From Nemertoderma westbladi (Eukaryota > Animalia > Xenacoelomorpha), in the NCBI GenBank assembly GCA_032718475.1, contig JAUCBJ010000448.1:11996-75995 (forward strand): a DNA stretch of 64,000 nucleotides, read 5' to 3'. Below are positions 13,638 through 26,842 of this stretch, piece after piece. How positions within the stretch are numbered: position 1 is the first letter of the stretch; each line of letters starts with the position of its first letter. The notes below the pieces were generated by a model. It saw nothing but the letters and a program-made list of their open reading frames with translations, had not been told where the DNA came from and did no database searches. Position numbers and translations under genes: made by a program.

Positions 13638-15750
13638 ATTGGCCCCAAAAACGGAGTGTTCGCAGGTGCGCAGCACTATTAAATCTAAAACGGCCACAAA
13701 GACGAAGACAAAGTCGAAGACGGCCACCCTAGTCTTGCGTTAGCTCTTTAGGGATACAAAACGCGAAGGGCAGTTCATTAACTCAGAAGGTAAGCGAGAA
13801 CCACCAATAAGATGTTCCTAGACCCCCCCCCAGAATCGACTGAAAAGTTGCTGAGAAATTTTTGGGACCGATCCGGACGACGGGTAACCCGCTGGGTCCA
13901 TTTTGACCCGTTTTTACCCATTTTTCGGAGTAGATATCTTTAAAGCATTTGTTTGAGAAAACGAGCTCTCCCCCCAACAAGGGGCCAACGCAGTTCGAAA
14001 GAGCAAGGTCCAAACCCCCCAAAAAGTCTTTTTGGGTATACGCCGACAAATATTTTGTCCGCGATCAGTAAAAGATCATGAAGATCGTGTTTGATCGCGA
14101 ATCGGACAGAGAAGGAGTTTCCACATCTGAAAATGGTCTAGCCCATCGTCTTTCTCGTCCCCGAATTGTGGGGGGTAGCCGGAAGCCCAATTTCTCAAAA
14201 TTAATTCTTGACCAAGATCACGATCGTCGAAAAGATCGTAAATGATCTTTAACTTTAAAGCTATTTGGGACTTAATTTTCTTAATAGAAATTGTTGACTG
14301 GACTGTTGCGAGTTGATTAAAAGAAATTTCAACTCGATAGGCCTACCCGTACCGGAGATACAAAGATCCAAAGTCTGACGTATGATCTTTAAAGATCACC
14401 CTATGATGACTCGGTCGGTAATTTTTTTTAAATTAAATGAATGTTTAGAAAGGTCGCGCGCATCCAACCACGCATCGCGTTCCACGTTGCGGATGACAGC
14501 TGCTCCGGAAATCAGACTTTACCAAAAAAAAACCGGATCTTCAAAGATCATTGCCTAATAAGTCGAGAACCGTAAGGGCTATGAAAAAACTTTCAACGGC
14601 AATAATATTCGCCTCTTCAATGCGCTTCCAACCATGTATTTGGATTTTTCGTAGCGTCGATATTTTTCGAGATATAGCCTTCGAAACGTGGGTATGCCAA
14701 AACGGGTCTTTGTACCGGTACCTAGGCCTAGCTGTACACGATTGGAGTGATTTAAACATTGGAATCTTAATGATTCGCGACGGGCTACACGCCAGTTTTT
14801 AAATTTCTGAAAAAGACCCAGCGGTTGCAGAGATATGAAAATTTTTCAAATGTACCTCGCGTCGATCGAAAAGTGCCATCGTCGAAAACGAAAAATTTTA
14901 AATCTCAATTTTCACCATGAAGAATTGATTTTGATGAAAAAGTCTCCAGACGAAAAGTGCTCAGAATCATTAATTACCTACAAGGGGATGAAATTCGAGT
15001 CACTAAAATGAATTTTAAAATTTTTTTTGGTTAAAATTTAGTTTGGACCAGGAACGAGGCTTAATCTAATATACAGTCAGTTGGCGGAGGGAGCGGAGCG
15101 ACCGGAGCCCCCAAAACTAAAACCCCTGGGTTACTGCCCCCCCTTGGGGGGGATGGGGGGGGGATTATATAAATGGGTTGGTAGGTTCGGTGGTTCTAGA
15201 ATTTTACAATTTACGTTAAAAAAAAAGTAAAAAATTTTTCGCTCGCTTCGCTCGCGCCCCCCCCCCCCCCCCCCCCGCGCGGATTTTACCTACAATATTA
15301 TTAACTACATGTTCATTTAAGCTTACGATAATTTCCTACAGCGTCATATCAATATTTTCCATCCTTACAACTCATAATACTTTTCGCAAAAAATAAATTG
15401 TTAATAATATTAAAGTCACATATACAACTACTTGGGTGAGTGTTTGTTACATAGTTGCATATATTTACAACATTAAACCTTTGACAAAAAGTATACAATG
15501 TGATGGGCTTACAGAATTTCACAAGAAGAAATCTATTTTCGCCAGCAATGGCGGGGGTGTCATAATATGCCCCCCAACCTGTCCTCCTCCTCAGCCTGCT
15601 GTTGGACTCCCTGTTTTACTAACACTTTACTATACGACCCTCTGGTAGTATACCCCCTGGTGGGGTCCTACTGCACGTACGCCATACGTCTGTGACTTAT
15701 AAGTGCCCCACTCGGCTATAAAGAGTGCCCCTAGTTTTTTCCCTGGATGT
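13638..15750 (+). mobile_element. Non-autonomous unit, family A (2113 bp)
   Basis: Between junction cores 13630-13637 and 15743-15750. Confidence 0.8.
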
Positions 15751-17862
15751 ATTGGCCCATAAACACAGAGTGTTCGCGTGCGCAGCACTATTAAAACAGA
15801 AACGGCCACAAAGACGAAGACAAAGTCGAAGACGGACGCCCTAGTCTTGCGTTAGCTCTTTAGGGATACCATTTTTTCGACGGAGAGCAAAATGTCAGAA
15901 AGTAAGCAAGAACCACCAATAAGATGTTCCTAGACCCCCCCCCAGAATCGACTGAAAAGTCCAAAGGTTTTTTTTTAGAGCGATCCGGACGACGGGTAAC
16001 CCGCTGGGTCCATTTTGACCCGTTTTTTCCCATTTTTCGGAGTAGAAATTTTTAAAGCATTTCTTTGAGAGAACGGGCTCTCCCCCCAACAAGGGGCCAA
16101 CGCAGTTCGAAAGAGCAAGGTCCAAACCCCCCAAAAAGTCTTTTTGGGTATACGCCGACAAATATTTTGTCCGCGATCAGTAAAAGATCATGAAGATCGT
16201 GTTTGATCGCGAATCGGACAGAGAAGGAGTTTCCACATCTGAAAATGGTCTAGCCCATCGTCTTTCTCGTCCCCGAATTGTGTGGGGTAGCCGGAAGCCC
16301 AATTTCTCAAAATTAATTCTTGACCAAGATCACGATCGTCGAAAAGATCGTAAATGATCTTTAACTTTAAAGCTATTTGGGACTTAATTTTCTTAATAGA
16401 AATTGTTGACAGGACTGTTGCGAGTTGATTAAAAGAAATTTCAACTCGATAGGCCTACCCGTACCGGAGATACAAAGATCCAAAGTCTGACGTATGATCT
16501 TTAAAGATCACCCTATGATGACTCGGTCGGTAATTTTTTTTAAATTAAATGAATGTTTAGAAAGGTCGCGCGCACCCAACCATGCATCGCGTTCCACGTT
16601 GCGGATGACAGCTGCTCCGGAAATCAGACTTTACCAAAAAAAAACCGGATCTTCAAAGATCATTGCCGAATAAGTCGAGAACCGTAAGGGCTATGAAAAA
16701 ACTTTCAACGGCAATAATATTCGCCTCTTCAATGCGCTTCCAACCATGTATTTGGATTTTTCGTAGCGTCGATATTTTTCGAGATATAGCCTTCGAAACA
16801 TGGGTATGCCAAAACGGGTCTTTGTACCGGTACCTAGGCCTAGCTGTACACGATTGGAGTCGATTTAAACAGTGGAATCTTAATGATTCGCGACGGGCTA
16901 CACGCCAGTTTTTAAATTTCTGAAAAAGACCCAGCGGTTGCAGAGATATGAAAATTTTTCAAATGTACCTCGCGTCGATCGAAAAGTGCCATCGTCGAAA
17001 ACGAAAAATTTTAAATCTCAATTTTCACCATGAAGAATTGATTTTGATGAAAAAGTCTCCAGACGAAAAGTGCTCAGAATCATTAATTACCTACAAGGGG
17101 ATGAAATTCGAGTCACTAAAATGAATTTTAAAATTTTTTTTGGTTAAAATTTAGTTTGGACCAGGAACGAGGCTTAATCTAATATACAGTCAGTTGGCGG
17201 AGGGAGCGGAGCGACCGGAGCCCCCAAAACTAAAACCCCTGGGTTACTGCCCCCCCTTGGGGGGGATGGGGGGGGATTATATAAATGGGTTGGTAGGTTC
17301 GGTGGTTCTAGAATTTTACAATTTACGTTAAAAAAAAAGTACAAAAATTTTTCGCTCGCTTCGCTCGCGCCCCCCCCCCCCCCCCCCCCGCGCGGATTTT
17401 ACCTACAATATTATTAACTACATGTAAATCTAAGCTTACGATAATTTCCAACAGCGTCATATCAATATTTTCCATCCTTACAACTCATAATACTTTTCGC
17501 AAAAAATAAATTGTTAATAATATTCAAGTCACATATACAACTACTTGGGTGAGTGTTTGTTACATAGTTGCATATATTTACAACATTAAACCTTTGACAA
17601 AAAGTATACAATGTGATGGGCTTACAGAATTTCACAAGAAGAAATCTATTTTCGCCAGCAATGGCGGGGGTGTCATAATATGCCCCCCAACCTGTCCTCC
17701 TCCTCAGCCTGCTGTTGGACTCCCTGTTTTACTAACACTTTACTATACGACCCTCTGGTAGTATACCCCCTGGTGGGGTCCTACTGCTGTACGCCATACG
17801 TCTGTGACTACAAGTGCCCCACTCGGCTATAGAGAGTGCCTCTAGGTTTTTTCACTGGATGT
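15751..17862 (+). mobile_element. Non-autonomous unit, family A (2112 bp)
   Basis: Between junction cores 15743-15750 and 17855-17862. Confidence 0.8.
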
Positions 17863-18399
17863 AGGGTCTCACCACCGGTCAGGTTGTACTGTTCCGGAGG
17901 AACTATAACAAGAAGACCAGACCCCGTGATACATGCGTAGCACATGATCTAGTCTAATCCCGAACTGGGATTCTATAGATAGCCTTTTTGAGAGGAGAGA
18001 AGGTTATCTGGAGAACTAAGCCAAAACGACCAATAAGATGTTCCTATACCCCCCCCCAAAAATTAATTCTAAGAACTTTTCTCATATATATTGCGCTTCA
18101 AATATTTACGGTTCTCCGGCTAGGGCCAATTTGAGTCAAAAAGTCAGCCTCCCTGGCAACCTCGTTGCTATGGAGATAAGTCCAGAACCGCTAATGCTAC
18201 GGACTTGGGACCGGCGCCAATCGATAGGCAGCATATGGGTTTACCTTCAAGAGCTTTTTTTTGGAGCGATCAGATCATGATCTTGGCGGCGATCAGTAAA
18301 GATCAGTTTTGATCTGCAATCGGACACTCAAGGCTTGCTCCAATCGAAAAACTTAACATTACAAAAAGATTCAGCGACCCCACATTAGTCATAATTCCC

Positions 18400-19850
18400 G
18401 TTAAAAGATTTTCAAAAAAGTGAATTTTTCTTGATCAAAACGCAAGATCATGATCGCGCAAAGATCGGACTTCGTAAAATCGTAACTAAGCATTTTGGAT
18501 ATAAACAATTACTGTAGGAAACGTTCAGAACACCGCCCTGAGTCGATTAAAAAAAAAAATGGCTCGATCGGACAACCGGTTCTCGAGATCTGATACCTGA
18601 TCATTAAAGATCATATTTTTCGTTTTTTTCAAATTTTCTCGAAAACTTTGTTTGAGACCCCCGATTTTTTTTTTACGAATCGACTTCTATGATGAAGGGG
18701 CAACTTTTGAGCATTTCGAAATTTTCAAAAATCGATTTGATCAGGCCGCGATCAGAAAAGATCGTGTTTTTGGTTTTATTTCGAAGACCAAGTCCTGGGA
18801 GTTCACCGTATGGAAAAACTTTACATCACAAAAAGATTCCTCACCCTCGAATTATGGGGGGTAGCCAAAATTTGGGCATAAAAAAGTTCAAGTCTAGTGG
18901 GTCAAAACTCAAGATCATGATCGCGAAAAGATCAGTACTTTTAAAATCGAATCTAAGCATTTTTCTAATAAACATTCATTGTAGGAAATGTTTACTGGAC
19001 CATTCTGAGTTGATTAAAAAAAAAATTGGCTCGATCGGACCAATGGTTCTCGAGATCTGATACCTGATCATAAAAGATCGTGTTTTTTTAGTTTTTTTGA
19101 ATTTTCTCGAAAACTTTGTTTGAGACCCCCGATTTTTTTTTTTACAAATCGACTCCTATGGTGAAGGGGCAACGTTTGTGCATTTCGAAATTTTCAAAAA
19201 GCGATTTGATCAGGCCGTGATCAGAAAAGATCGTGTTTTCGGTTTTATTTCGAAGACCAAGTCCTGTGAGTTCACCGTATGGAAAAACTTAACATCACAA
19301 AAAGATTCCTCACCCTCGAATTATGGGGGGTAGCCAAAATTTGGGCATAAAAAAGTTCAAGTCTAGTGGGTCAAAACTCAAGATCATGATCGCGAAAAGA
19401 TCAGTATTATTAAAATTGAATCTAAGCATTTTTCTAATAAACATTCATTGTATGAAATATTCACTGGACCATTCTGAGTTGATTAAAAAAAAAATTGGCT
19501 CGATCGGCCAACCGGTTCTCGAGATCGGCTTCCTGATCGTAAAAGATCGTGTTTTTTTAGTTTTTTCGAATTTTCTCAAAAACTTTGTTTGAGACCCCCG
19601 ATTTTTTTTTTACGAATCGACTTCTATGGTGAAGGAGCAACTTTTGTATATTTCGAAATTTTCAAAAAGCGATTTGATCAGGCCGTGATCAGAAAAGATC
19701 GTGTTTTCGGCTTTATTTCAAAGAGCAAGTCCTGTGAGTTCACCGTATGGAAAAACTTAACATCACAAAAAGATTCCTCACCCTCGAATTAGGGGGGGTA
19801 GCCAAAATTTGGGCATAAAAAAGTTCAATTCTAGAGGGTCAAAAGATCAT
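18400..19850. repeat. ~468-bp internal tandem sub-repeat, about 3 copies (also in units starting at 22081, 51231, 55427 and 59640)
   Basis: Recurring gagacccccgattttttttt...ggtagccaaaatttgggcataaaaaagttcaa blocks at 468-bp spacing. Confidence 0.88.
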
Positions 19851-22028
19851 GATCGCGAAAAGATCAGTTTTTTCGAAATTACTTCTAAGCATTTTGGGGC
19901 AAAACTTTCAAACTAAAAAACATTCACTGGAGTGTTCTAAGTAGATTAAAAAAAATTTCGACTCAATAGGCCTACCGGTACCGGAGATATGGTCGTTTAA
20001 AGTCTGCTTCCGGTAATTCGAAAATATTTCGAAAACCCTTGATCTAATTTTTTCCTTGAAAATATGTGAATGTACAGTTAGTGGACCCGCATCTAACGAT
20101 ATATCACAATCCATATTTCGGATGACAGGTACCGGTAAAATCAGACTTTACCAAAAAAAATTCAAATTTTTTCTACTCATGTCTGACTTTCTCTAAAACT
20201 ATAACAGGTATGAAAATACTTTCGCCCCAAGAAATGTTCGCCTATCCAATGCGCTTCTAACGATGTATTCAGATTTGTACAACGGTCAATAGTTTTCGAG
20301 ATATTAACAACTTAGGCCCTGATCACCATGATCGCAAAAGATCAGTTTTTTAGAATTTTGATGTAAGCCTTTTCAGACAAAATTTTCAAACTAAGAAACT
20401 TTTAATGGAGCGTTCTAAGTAAGTTAAAAAAAAATTCAACTCAATAGGCCTACCGGTACCGGAGATATGGTCGTCCAAAGTCTGCTTCCGGTAATTCGAT
20501 AATATTTTGAGAACCGTTGATGGAATTTTTTTTTTGAAAAAATGTGATTGTACAGTTAGGGGACCTGCATCTAACGCTGTATTACAATCCATATTTCGGA
20601 TGACAGGTACCGGTAAAATCAGACTTTACCAAAAAAAATTCAAATTTTTGCTACTCATGTCTGACTTTCTCGAAAACTATAATATGTATGAAAATACTTT
20701 CACCCCAAGAAATGTTCACCTATCCAATGTGCTTCTAACGCTGTTCTCGGATTTTGCATAGTATCAAAATCGACTACTTAACCCTCCCGCGGAGGGAACG
20801 GAGTGACCGGAGCGCCAAGGGTGGTGGGCGGGGTAGGTGGCAAACACTATTTATAGGGTGGAGGGAGGGGCTAGTATATTACTTTCGGGTATTTGAATTC
20901 TTTTCAATATAGTTTAGGTACCTCAGTCTTATTTATAATATATTATACATTATACCAAATTATATGAAGTTCTAATAAACTAGATTCTCCACCTGTAGGA
21001 TAAATATACAATGTTGGGCTCATAATATATTTGAAAAATCGATTTTAGTATTTATATTGTATAACAGATTGCTAATTGATATTATTATGGTACTATACTA
21101 AAGACGCTTTGATTATCTGATCAAAAGGCAAGTACTGGTATATTTTTTAATTCTCTAATCATTCTCTAAACTCTAAATCTCTAAAATCACTCTAAATCTA
21201 AGATAAGAAACATTTGCTTTACTTCTTGTTTGCTTGCGAGGTGATATTAATATATAATACCACAGTATAAAATCAAATGGGGTGAAACCCGTATTAACTG
21301 GAAAATGTTTCATTATTATTACAATTGGCACATTGATGTAAGTAGTATTAATAAAGGATAAGTTAATAAAGGATAAGTTAATAAAGGATAAGTTAATTAT
21401 TAATCCATATCTTCAACTTTGTCTATGACGTTGCATTAATAATAATGTTACTTTATAAATTAGGTCTAAAACCATCTTCTTTACCAAAAAATTATGATAA
21501 CTTATAAGAGGACGGGGTTCGTGATTACTTGTTATTATTATAAATTGCCCCCACTCGGCTTTAGAGAGTGCACCCTTGGTTGCTTACCGGATGTATGGAC
21601 CACACACTGACAGGGAGGGTAATGTCTGTAGGAGTACTCAAACCAACCCGGCCATTCTAACACAGCCAATCCAACACACTTACCTGAACTGGTTTCAGGA
21701 TTTTTGAGGAGAGAGTAGAAGGGTATCTCGAGAACTAAGCATAAACCACCAATAAAATATTCATCGACCCCCCCCCCCCCCCCCCCTCCCCACCCAAATT
21801 AAATTCCAAGTATTTAAGTGAAACTTGCTGACTCGTGAACCTTAACAGTTCTAGCTTTCATGTAAATAATGTTACTTTATAAATTGGGGCCAAACCCACA
21901 TACCCACACAAATATAAGCACCAATTCGCACCATAAATTGTACTCACCTACCTTATAATAAATTTTATTTTATTTTATTTTATTTGATAGAGGGTTATGA
22001 TATTTTGTTTGTTTTGGGGTTGGGAATT

Positions 22029-22080
22029 AAGTGCCCCCACTCGGCTATAGAGAGTACCTCTTGGTGGTTTCACTGGATGT
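22029..22080 (+). other. Conserved terminal/junction signal (aagtgcccc-CACTC-ggctataga-GAGT...CTGGATGT) at the left boundary of the autonomous unit; representative of 13 copies
   Basis: CTGGATGT cores start at 644, 4848, 7070, 9191, 11411, 13630, 15743, 17855, 22073, 51223, 55419, 59632 and 63848. Each is preceded by gtgcccc(c)actcggcta[t/c]a[g/a]agagt[g/a]. Confidence 0.85.
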
Positions 22081-24700
22081 ATGGGCCAGTTCCGTTTACG
22101 TAAGGTCCGTAGGACTACGAACATCACTCCGGCCCAAAGCCCGACGACGGCCACCTCGCTGAACTGGTTTCGGAAAATTAATGATAGCCTTTTTGAGGGA
22201 GTAGAAGGTTATCTGGAGAACTAAGCCAAAACGACCAATAAGATGTTCCTATACCCCCCCCCAAAAATTAATTCTAAGAACTTTTCTCATATATATTGCG
22301 CTTCAAATATTAACGGTTCTCCGGCTAGGGCCAATTTGAGTCAAAAAGTCAGCCTCCCTGGCAACCTCGTTGCTATGGAGATAAGTCCAGAACCGCTAAT
22401 GCTACGGACTTGGGACCGGCGCCAATCGATAGGCAGCATATGGGTTTACCTTCAAGAGCTTTTTTTTGGAGCGATCAGATCATGATCTTGACCATGATCA
22501 GCAAAGATCAGTTTTGATCTGCAATCGGACACTCAAGGCTTGCTCCAATCGAAAAAGTTAACATTACAAAAAGATTCAGCGACCCCACATTAGTCATAAT
22601 TCCCGTTAAAAGATTTTCAAAAAAGTGAATTTTTCTTGATCAAAACGCAAGATCATGATCGCGCAAAGATCGGACTTTGTAAAATCGTAACTAAGCATTT
22701 TGGATATAAACAATTACTGTAGGAAACGTTCAGAACACCGCCCTGAGTCGATTAAAAAAAAAATTGGCTCGATCGGACAACCGGTTCTCGAGATCTGATA
22801 CCTGATCATTAAAGATCATATTTTTCGGTTTTTTCCCATTTTCTCGAAAACTTTGTTTGAGACCCCCGATTTTTTTTTTACGAATCGACTTCTATGGTGA
22901 AGGGGCAACTTTTAAGCATTTCGAAATTTTCAAAAAGCGATTTGATCAGGCCGCGATCAGAAAAGATCGTGTTTTTGGTTTTATTTCGAAGACCAAGTCC
23001 TGGGAGTTCACCGTATGGAAAAACTTAACATCACAAAAAGATTCCTCACCCTCGAATTATGGGGGGTAGCCAAAATTTGGGCATAAAAAAGTTCAAGTTT
23101 AGTGGGTCAAAACTCAAGATCATGATCGCGAAAAGATCAGTATATTTAAAATCGAATCTAAGCATTTTTCTAATAAATATTCATTGTAAGAAATGTTCAA
23201 TGGTCTATTCTGAGTTGATTAAAAAAAAAATTGGCTCGATCGGACAACCGGTTCTCGAGATCTGATACCTGATCATAAAAGATCGTGTTTTTTTAGTTTT
23301 TTTGAATTTTCTCGAAAACTTTGTTTGAGACCCCCGATTTTTTTTTTACAAATCGACTCCTCTGGTGAAGGGGCAACGTTTGTGCATTTCGAAATTTTCA
23401 AAAAGCGATTTGATCAAACCGTGATCAGAAAAGATCGTGTTTTCGGTTTTATTTCGAAGACCAAGTCCTGTGAGTTCACCGTATGGAAAAACTTAACATC
23501 ACAAAAAGATTCCTCACCTTCGAAATAGGGGGGTAGCCAAAATTTGGGCATAAAAAAGTTCAAGTCAAGTGGGTCAAAACTCAAGATCATGATCGCGAAA
23601 AGATCAGTATATTTAAAATCGAATCTAAGCATTTTTCTAATAAACATTCATTGTAAGAAATGTTTACTGGTCCATTCTCAGCTGATCAAAAAAAAAATTG
23701 GCTCGATCGGACAACCGGATCTCGAGATATGCTACCTGATCGTAAAAGATCGTGTTTTTTGGTATTTTCAAATTTTCTCGAAAACTATCTTCGAGACCCC
23801 AAATTTTTTTTTTACTAATCGACTTCTATTAGGAAGGGGCAACTTTTGAGTATTTCGAAATTTCCAAAAAGTGATTTGATCAGGCGGCGATCAGGAAAGA
23901 TCATGTTTTCGGTTTTATTTCAAAGAGCAAGTCCTGTGAGTTTACCGTATGGAAAAACTTAACATCACAAAAAGATTCCTTACCCTCAAATTAGGGGGGG
24001 TAGCCAAAATTTGGGCATAAAAAAGTTCAATTCTAGAGGGTCAAAAGATCATGATCGCAAAAGATCAGTTTTTAAGAAATCGGATGTATGCCTTTTCAGA
24101 CAAAAATTTATAAATAAGAAACATTCACTGGACCGTACTGAGTAAGTTAAAACAAAATTCAACTCAATAGGCCTACCGGTACCGGAGATATGGTCGTCCA
24201 AAGTCTGCTTCCGGTAATTCGATAATATTTCGAGAACCGTTGATGGAATGTGATTGTACAGTTACGGGACACGCAACCAACGATATATCACAACCCATAT
24301 TTCGGATGACAGGTACCGGTAAAATCAGACTTTACCAAAAAAAATTCAAATTTTTGCTACTCATGTCTGAAATCTCTAAAATTATAACTGGTATGAAAAA
24401 TACTTCACTGCAACAAATGTTCGCCTATCCAATGCGCTTGTAACACTTTATTTCAGATTAGATTAGATTCAGATATGGACCCCCTTCCTCTCATGTAGTT
24501 TTCTCAGTAACTATTACTTAATCAGTTCAGCGGAGGGAACGGAGTGACCGGAGCGCCCTTATCTAAATAGTAATAGAGCACACCTGTAGATAACTTTTTT
24601 TGTCAACCATTAGTGAGTGTCCAGTATACACCAACACTAGCGTATCGGTGTTTACCACTCTCGTTTAATTAATCTTAACTATGTTGTGTGCGTTCATAAA

Positions 24701-26043
24701 GTGCGTAACATACCGTGGTTGTAGTAATTCATTAAGTGTGTATAATAATTCATTAAGTGCGTAACATGCCGCGGTTGTAGTAATTCATTAAGTGCGTAAA
24801 ATGCCGTGGTTGTAGTTATTCATTAAGTAAGTGCGTAACATGCCGCGGTTGTAATAATTCATTAAGTGTGTATAATAATTAATAAAGTGCGTAACATACC
24901 GCGGTTGTAGTAATTCATCAAGTGTGTATAGTAATTCATTAAGTGCGTAACATGCCGCGGTTGTAGTAATTCATTAAGTGTGTATAATAATTCATTAAGT
25001 GCGTAACATGCCGCGGTTGTAGTAATTCATTAAGTGCGTAACATGCTGCGGTTGTAGTAATTAATTAAGTGTGTATAATAATTCATTAAGTGCATAACAT
25101 GCTGCGGTTGTAGTAATCATTAAGTGTGTATAATAATTTATTAAGTGCTTAACATGCCGCGGTTGTAGTAATTCATTAAGTGCGTAACATGCCGCGGTTG
25201 TAGTAATTCATTAAGTGCGTAACATGCCGCGGTTGTAGTAATTCATTAAGTGCGTAACATGCCGCGGTTGTAGTAATTCATTAAGTGCGTAACATGCCGC
25301 GGTTGTAGTAATTCATTAAGTGTGTATAATAATTCATTAAGTGCATAACATGCTGCGGTTGTAGTAATTCATTAAGTGCGTAAAATGCCGTGGTTGTAGT
25401 AATTCATTAAGTGTGTATAATAATTCATTAAGTGCGTAACATGCCGCGGTTGTAGTAATTCATTAAGTGCGTAACATGCTGCGGTTGTAGTAATTAATTA
25501 AGTGTGTATAATAATTCATTAAGTGCATAACATGCTGCGGTTGTAGTAATTCATTAAGTGTGAATAATAATTCATTAAGTGCATAACATGCTGCGGTTGT
25601 AGTAATTCATTAAGTGTGTATAATAATTCATTAAGTGCGTAACATGCCGCGGTTGTAGTAATTCATTAAGTGCGTAACATGCCGCGGTTGTAGTAATTCA
25701 TTAAGTGCGTAACATGCCGCGGTTGTAGTAATTCATTAAGTGTGTATAATAATTTATTAAGTGCGTAACATGCCGTGGTTGTAGTAATTCATTAAGTGCG
25801 TAACATGCCGCGGTTGTAGTAATTAATTAAGTGCGTAACATGCCGCGGTTGTAGTAATTCATTAAGTGTGTATAATAATGTATTAAGTGCGTAACATGCC
25901 GTGGTTGTAGTAATTCATTAAGTGCGTATAATGCCGTGGTTGTAGTAATTCATTAAGTGTGTATAATAATTTATTAAGTGCTTAACATGCCGTGGTTGTA
26001 GTAATTCATTAAGTGTGTATAATAATTTATTAAGTGCTTAACA
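24701..26043. repeat. Minisatellite of interleaved 35-bp (gtgcgtaacatgccgcggttgtagtaattcattaa) and 21-bp (gtgtgtataataattcattaa) units
   Basis: Directly visible tandem repeat. Confidence 0.95.
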
Positions 26044-26226
26044 TTAACATTCAAACTGTCCGTCTTGCGGTTCAACACCCCCCCCCCCCCCCCCCCCCCC
26101 CACTACCCCCGTATTAGTATACTTTACACCCTTAAATTGGTCAATAAAGGCTATAGCTAGAGTAGGTCATATAGAGTTAATGTTGCAAAAATTGTATCAA
26201 ATAACAAATAAGTGTTTAGTATTTAC

Positions 26227-26646
26227 CGGTGCACTCAACATGTTTGTGTATTAATTCGTAACATACATTGCGGTGCACTCAATATGTTTGTGTATTAATT
26301 CGTAACATACATTGCGGTGCACTCAACATGTTTGTGTATTAGTCCGTAACATACATTGCGGTGCACTAAACATGTTTGTGTATTAATTCGTAACATACAT
26401 TGCTGTGCACTCAACATGTTTGTGTATTAATTCGTAACATACATTGTGGTCCACTCAACATGTTTGTGTATTAATTTGTAACATACATTGTGGTGCACTC
26501 TACATGTTTGTGTAATTCGTAACATACATTGCGGTGCACTGAACATGTTTATGTATTAATTCGTAACATACATTGCGGTGCATTCAACATGTTTGTGTGT
26601 TAATTCGTAACATACAATGCGGTGCACTCAACATGTTTGTGTATTA
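26227..26646. repeat. 44-bp minisatellite (cggtgcactcaacatgtttgtgtattaattcgtaacatacattg), about 9.5 copies
   Basis: Directly visible; copies start at 26227, 26271 and so on. Confidence 0.93.
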
Positions 26647-26659
26647 AATTATTACTTAC

Positions 26660-26842
26660 ATAATGTAACAATATACAGTCACCACGATTCTAACTGTGTA
26701 CTTATATAATGTAACAATATACAGTAACAATATACAGTAACAACATACACTCACCGCGATTCTAACTGTGTACTTATATAATGTAACAATATACACTCAC
26801 CGCGATTCTAACTGTGTACTTATATAATGTAACAATATACAC
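26660..26842. repeat. Short ~46-bp tandem repeat (taatgtaacaatatacactcaccgcgattctaactgtgtacttata), about 3 copies
   Basis: Directly visible. Confidence 0.8.

Larger units (their letters stand above)
17863..22080 (+). mobile_element. Non-autonomous unit, family C (4218 bp)
   Basis: Between junction cores 17855-17862 and 22073-22080. Contains ~468-bp and ~478-bp internal tandem sub-repeats. Similar to 55427-59639 and 59640-63855. Confidence 0.8.

Noticed and set aside
22095-22125. gtccgtaggac resembles hammerhead ribozyme stem II
   Set aside because: The required CUGANGA and GAAA core segments do not flank it.
1-24500. Many recurrent 60-120 aa ORFs in array units (also 51231-64000)
   Set aside because: They recur only because the DNA is repeated. 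Homopolymer indels shift frames between copies, many start at TTG or GTG, and no domain is recognisable.
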